Of a stretch of 32,000 nt of DNA, positions 8,522-17,376 are shown in pieces. Position numbers and translations under genes: made by a program. Origin of the DNA: Candidatus Nanoclepta minutus (GTDB taxonomy: Archaea; Nanobdellota; Nanobdellia; Nanobdellales; Nanobdellaceae); contig MWMI01000002.1 in NCBI GenBank assembly GCA_003568775.1, positions 67,161 to 99,160 of the forward strand. Direction: 5' to 3'. Position 1 is the stretch's first letter, and each line of letters starts with the position of its first letter. The notes beneath the pieces are model-generated. The model made no database searches. It was not told the DNA's origin and saw only the letters and a program-made list of their open reading frames with translations.

Positions 8522-9519
8522 TTCCAGGTTCTAGGATATATATCTTTCTCCATTAAAACCCTATCCACATCTATAGCTATCCCCTTGTTACTTTCCATAA
8601 TCTCTTTAGAGGACATCCTAGCTACACCTACCGCCACAAGCTCGTTCTTCAATGTATAGACCCCAACTATATCACCAGGTAATATATTAGAATAGAGCTT
8701 TGAAATACCAGGTACATATACGTCTGCTCCGTGTGTTATTGCACCAACTGCCGTATCTAAGACCCAGACCTTCTTTAAGTGTTCCGCAGATATCTCATAA
8801 GGTAAAAAAACTTTCCTTATATACTCTTCTTTTCCTTCATTTTTCCAAAACCAAATAGAATCTACAACTTCCTGTAAATATACTATCGGATACTTCTCCG
8901 AATCCTCCTTTAATTCTCCAACTCTAATCCTCCTTAGTTGCTGCATGTGGGCACCGGTACCTAGCCTAACCCCTATATCATAAATCAGCTTCCTAATGTA
9001 TACACCTGCCTCAGTAGCTATCTGAAGTAACCAATCCCTACCATCGACCTCTAATACCTTAATACAGTATACTGTTTTTCTCCTAGGGACTTTCTTTACA
9101 GCAGATTTAAGGGGAGGTTTTTGAACTATTTCACCTTCAAACTCCTTTAGAACTTTCAAAACCTTTTCTTCCTCTAAATCACCATGCAGACGCATCCAAG
9201 CAACATATTCCTTTCCAGCCAACAAAAATAACCTCAGAGCCTTCGTAGCCTTCCCAACACCGATCGGAAGTACTCCAGTAACCTTCGGATCTAATGTACC
9301 CCCATGTCCTACCTTCATACCCAATATTTCCTTTAACCAAGCTACTACTTGATGGGAAGTAGGACCTGAAGGTTTGTCTAAGTTTATAATAGAATGGGAG
9401 ATATGGTATTCTATAGGTCTTCTATCAGGATAAAAACCATACCTTTCATCAGTCTCAGCCTCCTTTTTTACTAATATTTCGTATTCCTCCTTTTCATATG
9501 GAAACTTACAATATTCCAC
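8518..9519 (-). CDS. cbf5: tRNA/rRNA pseudouridine synthase Cbf5 (H/ACA RNP catalytic subunit)
   Basis: 333 aa. GHGGTLDPKVTGVLP catalytic motif (TruB family) and a C-terminal PUA-like region (LVAVGVARMSSKEI). Confidence 0.93.
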   Translation of the reverse strand: MEYCKFPYEKEEYEILVKKEAETDERYGFYPDRRPIEYHISHSIINLDKPSGPTSHQVVAWLKEILGMKVGHGGTLDPKVTGVLPIGVGKATKALRLFLLAGKEYVAWMRLHGDLEEEKVLKVLKEFEGEIVQKPPLKSAVKKVPRRKTVYCIKVLEVDGRDWLLQIATEAGVYIRKLIYDIGVRLGTGAHMQQLRRIRVGELKEDSEKYPIVYLQEVVDSIWFWKNEGKEEYIRKVFLPYEISAEHLKKVWVLDTAVGAITHGADVYVPGISKLYSNILPGDIVGVYTLKNELVAVGVARMSSKEIMESNKGIAIDVDRVLMEKDIYPRTWK

Positions 9520-9520
9520 A

Positions 9521-10075
9521 CTATTCCTTCTTCTCTTCTGTAGGTTTACTTTCGGAGATTCCCTTTATAGACTTCCTTAGGGGGTGATCTTCGTTTGAAA
9601 TTGGTGAATAGGAGCAATAACTTATCTTATCTTCTTCATCCCTCTTCACTAGATATCCTGGAGAAGTTATTACGTTTTCTCCTACCATTATGTGACCATG
9701 GACTATCAGCTGCCTAGCCTGCTTTATTGTCCTAGCAAGCCCCTTCTTGTATACGATGGTCTGAAGCCTCCTATCTAATACATCCCTTACAGTAATACGT
9801 AATACATCGCTAAGGCTAGAACCCTCTTTAATGAAACCATACTTTATCAACTTTCTCATAAAAGCTTCCTCATCCTTCGATACATTGAAACCTGCTGCTT
9901 TCCTTGCATTTAAGTATCTTACATGATGTCTTATCTTTCTAGCAATTGTAAATGCCTTCCACAATTCTCTCTTATTCTTTAGACCATATTCCTTCAATAG
10001 TTCTCTTTCCTCATCGATCCTATACTTTATCCAAGGATGGGATGGACCTTCCCAAGTTTTTCTAATCCTCCACAT
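9521..10075 (-). CDS. rps4: 30S ribosomal protein S4 (uS4, S9e type)
   Basis: 184 aa. KTWEGPSHPW start and an S4 RNA-binding domain (RRLQTIVYKKGLARTIKQARQLIVHGHI). Confidence 0.93.
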   Translation of the reverse strand: MWRIRKTWEGPSHPWIKYRIDEERELLKEYGLKNKRELWKAFTIARKIRHHVRYLNARKAAGFNVSKDEEAFMRKLIKYGFIKEGSSLSDVLRITVRDVLDRRLQTIVYKKGLARTIKQARQLIVHGHIMVGENVITSPGYLVKRDEEDKISYCSYSPISNEDHPLRKSIKGISESKPTEEKKE

Positions 10076-10076
10076 C

Positions 10077-10553
10077 TTACTTCTTTCTTTGTACTCCTAC
10101 AACTCTGCCTTTTCTATGATGAGACCTCGTTCTTTGTCCCCTGACTGGTAGGCCATATGAATGCTGCCTTCCCTTCCATGTTCCAAGCTCCATCTCTCTC
10201 TTAATATCAAATTGTACCCTTATCTTCCAATCCGGTCCAACTAGATGTTTATCCTTACCATCTTCCAAATCTCTCTGTCTATTAAACATCCATTTCGGGA
10301 TACCATACTTCTCTGGATTCTTTATACAATCTTCAAGTTTCTCTAACTCTTCATCAGATAAAGAACCTAATAGCCTCCACTTATTTATACCTAAAGCCTC
10401 GCATATAGCATGAGAGAACCTCCAATTTACTCCTGCTAACCTTGTAAGCTCAACATATATTGGTTTATGTCCATCTAGTTCTGTTTCTACTATTCTTATA
10501 ACATCCTTTATCTGAGCTCCTTCCGGTGTGAATGGTTTAAGAGCACCTGGCAT
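10077..10553 (-). CDS. rps13: 30S ribosomal protein S13 (uS13)
   Basis: 158 aa. RIVETELDGHKPIYVELTRLAGVN... and a basic C-terminus GLPVRGQRTRSHHRKGRVVG. Confidence 0.93.
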   Translation of the reverse strand: MPGALKPFTPEGAQIKDVIRIVETELDGHKPIYVELTRLAGVNWRFSHAICEALGINKWRLLGSLSDEELEKLEDCIKNPEKYGIPKWMFNRQRDLEDGKDKHLVGPDWKIRVQFDIKREMELGTWKGRQHSYGLPVRGQRTRSHHRKGRVVGVQRKK

Positions 10554-10603
10554 TAATGAAGTTTTATATTCTAATTTAAAAATCTTATATAAGTGAGATA
10601 TAT

Positions 10604-12229
10604 ATGAAGATCGGTTTTGTCATAAAGGAGGCTACTTCGGACTATTTTTATTTTGTAATAAACCCAAAGGAAAGGGATAAAATAACGGTAGGTAGTTTGG
10701 TCAAAATAATCATAAACGATGTTCCATACTATGCCATTGTAGAAGATATAAAGTCTGAAGCAATTGAAGAAGATAGATTGATCAACTTCGAAGCAATTGA
10801 AATAGTCTATGATAAAATAGGAAAGAAATTATTTATATTGAGGGGAAAAGGTATCTTCATTGGATGTTTAAGGGATAACAAAGTTTTACCAGAAAAACCT
10901 AAGACCCCTCCGCTACCAGGGGACGATGTATTACTAGCTGAATATGAAGAAATCAAAAAAATATATAGCTTCGAGACAGATTATACAATACCTTTCGGTA
11001 AAATTTTTGTAAGCGACAAGGAATATACTGTTGATCTATCAATAAAAAATCTGATAATAAGGCATACAGGCATATTTGGAATAACGGGATCTGGTAAATC
11101 AACTGCAGTTGCTAACTTAGTTTATGAGCTGTCTAAGAAAAATATACCAACCTTAATATTCGATATCCATAGAGATTACATACTTTCATTCCAAAATCCG
11201 ATAATAATAACTTTCTCTGAAAGGGATAGGGAATATATAGAAAGCTTATTAAAAGAAAGGGGGAAGAATGGAAGAGTATACACTGCAAAGCTAGACATTA
11301 AAATATTAAACGATTATATGGAAATATTGGGAATAAATAGAGAATCTATGCCACATGTCGCTAATTTACTATCTGAATTATTATCTAAAGCAAGAATAAA
11401 TACTATATTCGACCTCCTAAAGTTTTTAGATGAAAGAAAGAATGTTGAAAATTTAATAAAAAACTACGGTGATAAAGAAATAGATAGGTTAGCTAATTCC
11501 CTTAAGTCAAGGATAAAGAAGATATATGATTGGAGGTTATTCCCTAGGGATGCTAGAGATTTTGGAGAGGACTTGAGAAGCCTATTAGATAACCTAATTA
11601 GAAAAATAACGGATATGGAAGGTATCTTAGAAGGTGAAATAGTTAGGAACGGAGATGAAATATCCATAAGGAGGGAGAATACAGAATATAGAAATATCAT
11701 AATAATAGACCTCTATCCTCTATCAATAGAGGAACAGAGGATACTAATAGATATACTACTAGAACGCCTATACAATAAATACAAAGAGCTCAAGTTTGAG
11801 GGAAAGGCAGATATACTAACTATCGTAATTGAGGAAGCACATAGGTTTGTCTCAAGGGAAGCAAAGGATACCAGTGCGAAGGTATCCTTAATAGCCAGGG
11901 AGGGTAGGAAGTTTGGATTAGGAATAATACTAGTATCCCAGATACCCTCTAGCATACTGGATAGTGTTATATCTCAGCTAAATACATTTATTCTCTTAAA
12001 GATGATAAACCCGAGGGACCTTGAATTCATTAAAAAGACCTGTCCATATCTATCTAAAGAATACTTCGAAGCTCTAACTAAGCTTGAAACTGGAAAAGCT
12101 TTGGTAGTAGGTTTAGCACCTAAGAATCCTGCAATAGTAAAGATAATTAAAAACGTAGATGTTGGTGGAACGGAAGAAGATATCGAGAGGTCCATAGAGA
12201 AAAGAGTAAAATTATTAAGAGAAAATTAA
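10604..12229 (+). CDS. herA: HerA-type hexameric DNA translocase/helicase (FtsK-HerA superfamily)
   Basis: 541 aa. N-terminal HAS-barrel-like segment (IGFVIKEATSDYFYFVI...VGSLVKI), Walker A GITGSGKST, Walker B-region IVIEEAHRF, and REGRKFGLGIILVSQIPS. Confidence 0.8.
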   Translation: MKIGFVIKEATSDYFYFVINPKERDKITVGSLVKIIINDVPYYAIVEDIKSEAIEEDRLINFEAIEIVYDKIGKKLFILRGKGIFIGCLRDNKVLPEKPKTPPLPGDDVLLAEYEEIKKIYSFETDYTIPFGKIFVSDKEYTVDLSIKNLIIRHTGIFGITGSGKSTAVANLVYELSKKNIPTLIFDIHRDYILSFQNPIIITFSERDREYIESLLKERGKNGRVYTAKLDIKILNDYMEILGINRESMPHVANLLSELLSKARINTIFDLLKFLDERKNVENLIKNYGDKEIDRLANSLKSRIKKIYDWRLFPRDARDFGEDLRSLLDNLIRKITDMEGILEGEIVRNGDEISIRRENTEYRNIIIIDLYPLSIEEQRILIDILLERLYNKYKELKFEGKADILTIVIEEAHRFVSREAKDTSAKVSLIAREGRKFGLGIILVSQIPSSILDSVISQLNTFILLKMINPRDLEFIKKTCPYLSKEYFEALTKLETGKALVVGLAPKNPAIVKIIKNVDVGGTEEDIERSIEKRVKLLREN

Positions 12230-12242
12230 TTTTATGATAGAT

Positions 12243-12326
12243 GCCGCGGTGCCCGAGTGGACCAAGGGGTCTGGCTGGAGACCAGATCCCCGAAAGGGGA
12301 CCGGGGTTCGAATCCCCGCCGCGGCG
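12243..12326 (+). tRNA. tRNA-Ser (GGA), class II with a long variable arm
   Basis: GCCGCGG-TG-CCCGAGTGGACCAAGGGG-TCTGG-CTGGAGA-CCAGA-TCCCCGAAAGGGGAC-CGGGG-TTCGAAT-CCCCG-CCGCGGC-G. Discriminator is G73. Confidence 0.92.
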
Positions 12327-12363
12327 ATCCCTCAGTTAAGGTTATTTACCTTAAAATCAAAAT

Positions 12364-12717
12364 TTGAATATGAAAAGACTATATGCTATTTTTAAAAGGA
12401 TTGAAAAGAAAGAGATTTTCGATGATATGAAGGCTCTATATAACTTAGCAGATGAGTTATCAATTAATTTCAATTTAGAAAATGTAAAAAAGAAAGTTAT
12501 AAGCGATATTGAAAACAATTTTTTCCAGCTATTATTGGAATCCAAAGAACTCTCCGTATACCTAACCTACTGGAGATCTATAGATATGTTAAGTTTAGAG
12601 GTAATATCAAAGAATATAGACCCTTTCTCTATATATGAACATCTTAAGAACACGTTCATACCAAAGTATTATTCTGTCTCAATCCAGCAAACCCAAAAAC
12701 AGGACCTATATGAGTAG
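12364..12717 (+). CDS. hypothetical protein
   Basis: 117-aa ORF. Its last 62 nt overlap the 3' end of the convergent DegV gene. No family recognised, so its reality is uncertain. Confidence 0.35.
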   Translation: MNMKRLYAIFKRIEKKEIFDDMKALYNLADELSINFNLENVKKKVISDIENNFFQLLLESKELSVYLTYWRSIDMLSLEVISKNIDPFSIYEHLKNTFIPKYYSVSIQQTQKQDLYE

Positions 12718-13420
12718 ATATAATTGGATTCATTAATATTTCCTTACCTGATACCTTTCTCGTATTGCTAGCATACAGTTTTAATTTATATTTCTTTTCT
12801 AGATCATAAAAATCCTTAATTAAATCTGAAGAAAGTTTAAACAATTCTAGCCTTCCATCTCTTATATTTAATATTGGTTTCTTATTAACTAACCTTAGGA
12901 AAGAATACTTCAATAGGTTTATCCTTCCGGAATTGAGCAAATAGTTTATGTTCTCTACAAATGCATAAGTATCTATCCTTTCTCTCATACTATTTATTCT
13001 CTCAACTACCTCATCTATTTTATACTTCTCCAATAACTTTTTAGCAATCAAAACTAAAATCCCGCTCCCCACCGATGCGTTTCTTGTATCAATAACGTAT
13101 ATTTTCTTTTTAATGAACTTAGAAGCATTCAAAGCTACATTATATGTACCCGATAACTCCGAACTTACTGTGAAAACTAAAATTTCTTCTTCACAAGATT
13201 TATAAACTTCCAGAAAATCTTCTAAAGTAGGTTGAGAAGTTTTAAGCTTTCCAGACAACCATTCTTCCCTAAACTTCTTATAAAATTCATACTTAGAGTT
13301 ATAAAAGATCGGTATCTTATCTCCATCCTTTATTACATATAAAGGTACAACTTTTATACCGTATTTTTCTATTATCCTCCTAGGTAGATCTACAGTAACA
13401 TCAATTACAATATCAACCAT
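12656..13420 (-). CDS. DegV/FakB-family (fatty-acid/lipid-binding) protein
   Basis: 254 aa. TSQP, SSELSGTYN, NLLNSGRI, KPIL...DGRL and C-terminal THIGPVFGFAG match the order and wording of DegV-family motifs. Confidence 0.85.
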   Translation of the reverse strand: MVDIVIDVTVDLPRRIIEKYGIKVVPLYVIKDGDKIPIFYNSKYEFYKKFREEWLSGKLKTSQPTLEDFLEVYKSCEEEILVFTVSSELSGTYNVALNASKFIKKKIYVIDTRNASVGSGILVLIAKKLLEKYKIDEVVERINSMRERIDTYAFVENINYLLNSGRINLLKYSFLRLVNKKPILNIRDGRLELFKLSSDLIKDFYDLEKKYKLKLYASNTRKVSGKEILMNPIISTHIGPVFGFAGLRQNNTLV

Positions 13421-14270
13421 TTATTTCATCGATTTCTATGTTTTCTATCTCAACAAAAGGGATTAGAAGATTTATGGTATTTTCTACAGATCTCGTATGG
13501 AGGTGTATTTTTACATGATCTCCAAACTCGTTAATAATCAAAGAATCCTCATCCTTTAAACAATTCCTTATTTTATCTATAGAATACTTAGGCTTTGCCA
13601 AAATATTCAAGCAGAATATCTTACCTTTAACTCTTTCAAACTTTTCTTCCTTTAGATACTTCTTTAAGTTTATCTTTATATCCCCCCCGATAGATTCTAT
13701 CCATCCCTTTAACATCAAAACTACCCCCAAACCTCCAGAATCAATAGTCTTCTTCAAGTTAACATTTTCCCTCTTATTCTCCAGTTCCTTCAGGGATTTT
13801 CTAATGCATTTATCTAACCAATCCTTTAAGTTTTTGGACTTAACTATCTCCCTCTCCATTACTCTTATTACAGTTAGCATAGTTCCCTCTCTAGGTTCTT
13901 TAACGGAAGAGTATGCGTATTCCCTAGCCCTTTTAATGGCCCTGAATAAATCCTTTAACTTAACCTTTTTCTTATCTTTTAGCTCTATATATAGACCATA
14001 GAAGAACATGGATATAATGTTACCCGAATTTCCCTTAGATACCTTCATCGATATGTCCTTAATTATCTCTAAGATCTTTCCTATGTGGTTTATCTCTACG
14101 TTCTCTATACCTTTCCTTATATTCTCAAAGAGTATCCTAAGATTCGTACCAGTATCCTTGTCTCTAACTGGAAAGTAGTTTAGTTCGTTTAATATACTTT
14201 CGTGAAAGGATATTTGATCGGCAGCTCTGAGCATCATATCTTTAAATATACTGCCATCTATTTCCTCCAT
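13413..14270 (-). CDS. Dak2/DhaL-domain protein resembling the N-terminal kinase domain of FakA (YloV family), truncated form
   Basis: 285 aa. IDGSIFKDMMLRAADQI...LNYFPVRDKDTGTNL and KGNSGNIISMFFYGL parallel the FakA/DhaL motifs (LNVYPVPDGDTGTNM; GNSGVI). Its stop overlaps the DegV start by 8 nt. Confidence 0.8.
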   Translation of the reverse strand: MEEIDGSIFKDMMLRAADQISFHESILNELNYFPVRDKDTGTNLRILFENIRKGIENVEINHIGKILEIIKDISMKVSKGNSGNIISMFFYGLYIELKDKKKVKLKDLFRAIKRAREYAYSSVKEPREGTMLTVIRVMEREIVKSKNLKDWLDKCIRKSLKELENKRENVNLKKTIDSGGLGVVLMLKGWIESIGGDIKINLKKYLKEEKFERVKGKIFCLNILAKPKYSIDKIRNCLKDEDSLIINEFGDHVKIHLHTRSVENTINLLIPFVEIENIEIDEING

Positions 14271-14350
14271 CCTTATTATTTTTTTATCATCTATTTTAAG
14301 TTTATCTATCCTTTAAGATTGAATTTAAATATAGGATCCGACTAAGATTT

Positions 14351-14830
14351 ATGAACGTAGAATCATTAATAAACATGTTCTCCTATCTCGGATTATTCAT
14401 GATCGGACTATTAAGCACCATAGGTCTCTTCATATCCCCGCCATTATACTTAAGTCTACCCTTAATACTCTATAAAACGAAATTTAATCCAATACTATCG
14501 ACTTTACTAGTTGCTCTAGGAATGAGCGTCGGGGATACTATAGGTTATTTCATAGGATTCTCGAGTGAAAAATTATTAGAAAATAAAATATATGAAAAGG
14601 AGAGGTACAAAAAGTTCTCGGAATTCATAAACAAATATGGGCCTATAACCATACCTTTACTTTCAGCATTACCTTTTCCATTCTTTGATGCACTAGCAAT
14701 AGCCTGTGGATTTGCAAAAATAGATATAAAATCCTACTTTATCTATCTGTTCTTCGGTAGGCTAATAAAAGTAAGTCTAATAGTCATAGCAGGTCAATAT
14801 ATACTAATAAGGCTACCATTTGAAATTTAA
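14351..14830 (+). CDS. small polytopic membrane protein, possibly DedA/SNARE-associated (VTT-domain) family
   Basis: 159 aa with about 4-5 hydrophobic helices. The GMSVGDTIGYFIGF segment resembles the DedA glycine-rich re-entrant motif. The family call is tentative. Confidence 0.45.
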   Translation: MNVESLINMFSYLGLFMIGLLSTIGLFISPPLYLSLPLILYKTKFNPILSTLLVALGMSVGDTIGYFIGFSSEKLLENKIYEKERYKKFSEFINKYGPITIPLLSALPFPFFDALAIACGFAKIDIKSYFIYLFFGRLIKVSLIVIAGQYILIRLPFEI

Positions 14831-14852
14831 CAGTTTATAACTTAAAGATAAA

Positions 14853-15581
14853 ATGCAGATTTCTATCGTATTCGTAGAACCTGAATCCGAAGATAACATC
14901 GGAGCACTAGCAAGAGTTATGGCAAACTTTGGCTTTAGGGATCTCATATTAATAAATCCGAAGGTAAATCCCTATTCAGAAAAAGTAAAAATAGTAGCAA
15001 GAGAGGAAGGTTGGAAGATAATAAGGAACCTGAGGATATACGATGATTTAGATAGGGTAATATCGATGTTCGATGTTACTTATGGAACTACAGGAGTATC
15101 ATCTAAAGTGGGGAATGAAGTTCTAAGGAACCCGTTAACTCCTAGAGAACTAGCAAGCAGAATCTGGAATTTCAGTGGGAAGATAGGCATATTCTTCGGA
15201 AGGGAATCTACAGGATTCTCCAACCAAGAATTAGATAAGTTCGATGCTCAAATAACTATACCTGCCTCTGAGGATTATCCGATAATGAACGTTACCCATG
15301 CCGCTTCTATAATCCTTTATGAGATCTTCATAGCGAGAGAGAATCCGATAAGGAGGACTTTCAAACTAATAAACAATCATGAAAGATACGTATTAAAGAG
15401 AAAATTGAAGGAATTCGTTTATTCATTGCCAACTCATGAATATAGAAAGCCTGTAATTTATAGAGCATTGAGGAACCTTATCGGAAAGGCCTTTATAACA
15501 AAAAGGGAATTTTCTATATTAATGGGCGTCCTTAACCTAGCAAAAAATGATAGAAGAAAGTTATCCAATATTAAAAAATAG
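14853..15581 (+). CDS. trmJ: SpoU/TrmH-class RNA 2'-O-methyltransferase, TrmJ-like
   Basis: 242 aa. IVFVEPESEDNIGALARVMANFGF, FGRESTGFSN and MNVTHAASIILYE are the three SPOUT motifs in the TrmJ arrangement. Confidence 0.8.
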   Translation: MQISIVFVEPESEDNIGALARVMANFGFRDLILINPKVNPYSEKVKIVAREEGWKIIRNLRIYDDLDRVISMFDVTYGTTGVSSKVGNEVLRNPLTPRELASRIWNFSGKIGIFFGRESTGFSNQELDKFDAQITIPASEDYPIMNVTHAASIILYEIFIARENPIRRTFKLINNHERYVLKRKLKEFVYSLPTHEYRKPVIYRALRNLIGKAFITKREFSILMGVLNLAKNDRRKLSNIKK

Positions 15582-17376
15582 AAGTTTTCAAATAGAAACA
15601 GTAGAAAGAATATTAGACAGTTTAGATAAGAAATTTATTATCTTAGACTCCCCAACAGGATCTGGAAAAACAATTATGTCATTAGTGATAGCAGATTTCT
15701 TATGGAAGAAAGAAGATCTAATAACACACATAGCTGTAAGGACAAACGAACAAATAAAGAGATACTTACAGGACTCTCTAGAGAAGGTCAAAACTTTGGT
15801 AAAGGTTTTCCCGAATAAGAGAAAGACTTGCCCAATATTCTATAAATCGAACCTATCGGGGGAAGAGATATATTGCTCCGACTGTATGTTCAGGAAAGCA
15901 ACTTATCCAAAAGAAAGGTTGTTCAAAAGGTTAAGAAAAGTTAACTATAATTTTGAAAAACTAGCAAAAATAGAGAATAAAAAAATGGAAAAAAGAAACG
16001 ATAAAGTAAGGTGTATATACCATTCGTTTAAAAAAATAGAATCTAAAATATATGTATCTACCTACCCCTACGTATTTAACTATTATCTATTCGATCTCCT
16101 GTCCTTAGAGGGAGAGCCCGATATATTAATAATGGATGAATCCCATAATCTATTGACTACGTTAACTAACCCTCTATCGTTATCCTTTAGGGTATATTTA
16201 GAGAAAGGTTTTGGGAAAAGGAAAGAAGAGAACCTGCTATACAAGTTTCTAAAAGAAGAAATAGCTGCAATAGGGGATCTACTAAATATCCCTAACGAAG
16301 ATATAGGTATAGTCCTATCAGAAATATCAAACTTTTCGGATGAACTAATAAACTTTATAGAGAACCTATTGGTAAAGCAGTTTAGAACTCGAGAGATAAA
16401 TATTATAATAGAAAGGATAAAGAAGGAGATTGGAAAGAAAGAGGTAATAATAGAGAGAGAAGAATTACTAGATATATTCGATAGGTATTCTAAGACTTTT
16501 GATGAACTTATATTTTACTGGGATTCTTATAAAAAAACTATATCTAAGATGACATACAAGTTTCCAAAGAAGAGATGGCATTTAAACAAGATATTAAAGC
16601 TATACTTAAGCTTAAAGGATCCCGATCTTGTATGGATAGCAAACGGATTTAAAATAGAAGGATTTATAACAAAATTTAACGTTATAATAAAGTCCCTTAT
16701 GGACTATAAGAACATAATACTTATGTCGGGCAGCAACTTTACAAAAAAGGATTTTGTTACATTATATAAAGTACCTTCAGAGGATGTCGAATACATAAAG
16801 GTTGATGTAAAATTTGGTAAAAAGGAATTTAATATAATACCAAACTTTTCTTCAAAATATGAAAAGAGAAAGAGTAAGAAGAATATACAAAACTTAATAG
16901 ATAACATTAAATTCATTTTAAATAATTTAGATGGATATCAACTCTATATGTTTCCATCTGCAGGTTTCATGAACCTAATTTTTGATCAATTATCAGAAGA
17001 AATAAAAGAAAGAATATTCTTGGATGATGGAACAAAACCCTTCAACTCTATATTAAAAACTAACAAAAAGGCTATATTCACCTATGCCAGATCAAGGTTT
17101 ATAGAAGGGGTAGAACTGGTTAAGGATGGATCCTCTTTATTGAAGACTGTTGTAATAGTAGGAAAACCCTATCCACCACCCCCAACAGCATCTATACTCA
17201 CCAATAGAATATTGAAAGATAATAAATTAGATTACTGGACTTTTGCAGAAATTATGAAGGATATTCAAATAAAACAAGTAATAGGAAGGGCTATAAGATC
17301 ACAAAACGATGAAGTAAAGATATTTTTTATAGATGATAGGTATAAAAAATCTGAAGTAATAAAATACTTTAAGTAG
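15547..17376 (+). CDS. xpd: XPD/Rad3-family Fe-S helicase (DinG-like)
   Basis: 609 aa. Motif I DSPTGSGKT, a four-Cys cluster C-x14-C-x2-C-x42-C between motifs I and II, motif II MDESHN, and motif VI VIGRAIRSQNDEVKIFFIDDRY. Confidence 0.8.
   Translation: MIEESYPILKNRSFQIETVERILDSLDKKFIILDSPTGSGKTIMSLVIADFLWKKEDLITHIAVRTNEQIKRYLQDSLEKVKTLVKVFPNKRKTCPIFYKSNLSGEEIYCSDCMFRKATYPKERLFKRLRKVNYNFEKLAKIENKKMEKRNDKVRCIYHSFKKIESKIYVSTYPYVFNYYLFDLLSLEGEPDILIMDESHNLLTTLTNPLSLSFRVYLEKGFGKRKEENLLYKFLKEEIAAIGDLLNIPNEDIGIVLSEISNFSDELINFIENLLVKQFRTREINIIIERIKKEIGKKEVIIEREELLDIFDRYSKTFDELIFYWDSYKKTISKMTYKFPKKRWHLNKILKLYLSLKDPDLVWIANGFKIEGFITKFNVIIKSLMDYKNIILMSGSNFTKKDFVTLYKVPSEDVEYIKVDVKFGKKEFNIIPNFSSKYEKRKSKKNIQNLIDNIKFILNNLDGYQLYMFPSAGFMNLIFDQLSEEIKERIFLDDGTKPFNSILKTNKKAIFTYARSRFIEGVELVKDGSSLLKTVVIVGKPYPPPPTASILTNRILKDNKLDYWTFAEIMKDIQIKQVIGRAIRSQNDEVKIFFIDDRYKKSEVIKYFK

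Noticed and set aside
10604-12229. Whether the HerA-like ATPase could be part of an anti-phage HerA-associated defence pair (for example with a SIR2 or DUF4297 partner).
   Set aside because: No adjacent effector gene is present: it is flanked by ribosomal protein genes and a tRNA. The HAS-barrel plus REGRKFG motifs fit the housekeeping archaeal HerA.
12336-12354. Perfect 7-bp inverted repeat TTAAGGT-tattt-ACCTTAA just downstream of tRNA-Ser, considered as a terminator hairpin.
   Set aside because: The stem is short and AT-rich, so it is unlikely to be stable in a thermophile. Archaeal termination relies on oligo-T rather than hairpins. It may be chance in AT-rich DNA.
12364-12717. The 62-nt convergent overlap between the 117-aa ORF and degV, considered as a possible regulatory antisense arrangement.
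   Set aside because: The DegV C-terminus is homology-supported (THIGPVFGFAG), whereas the 117-aa ORF has no recognisable family. The simplest explanation is that the small ORF is shorter than drawn or not real. This cannot be resolved from sequence alone.
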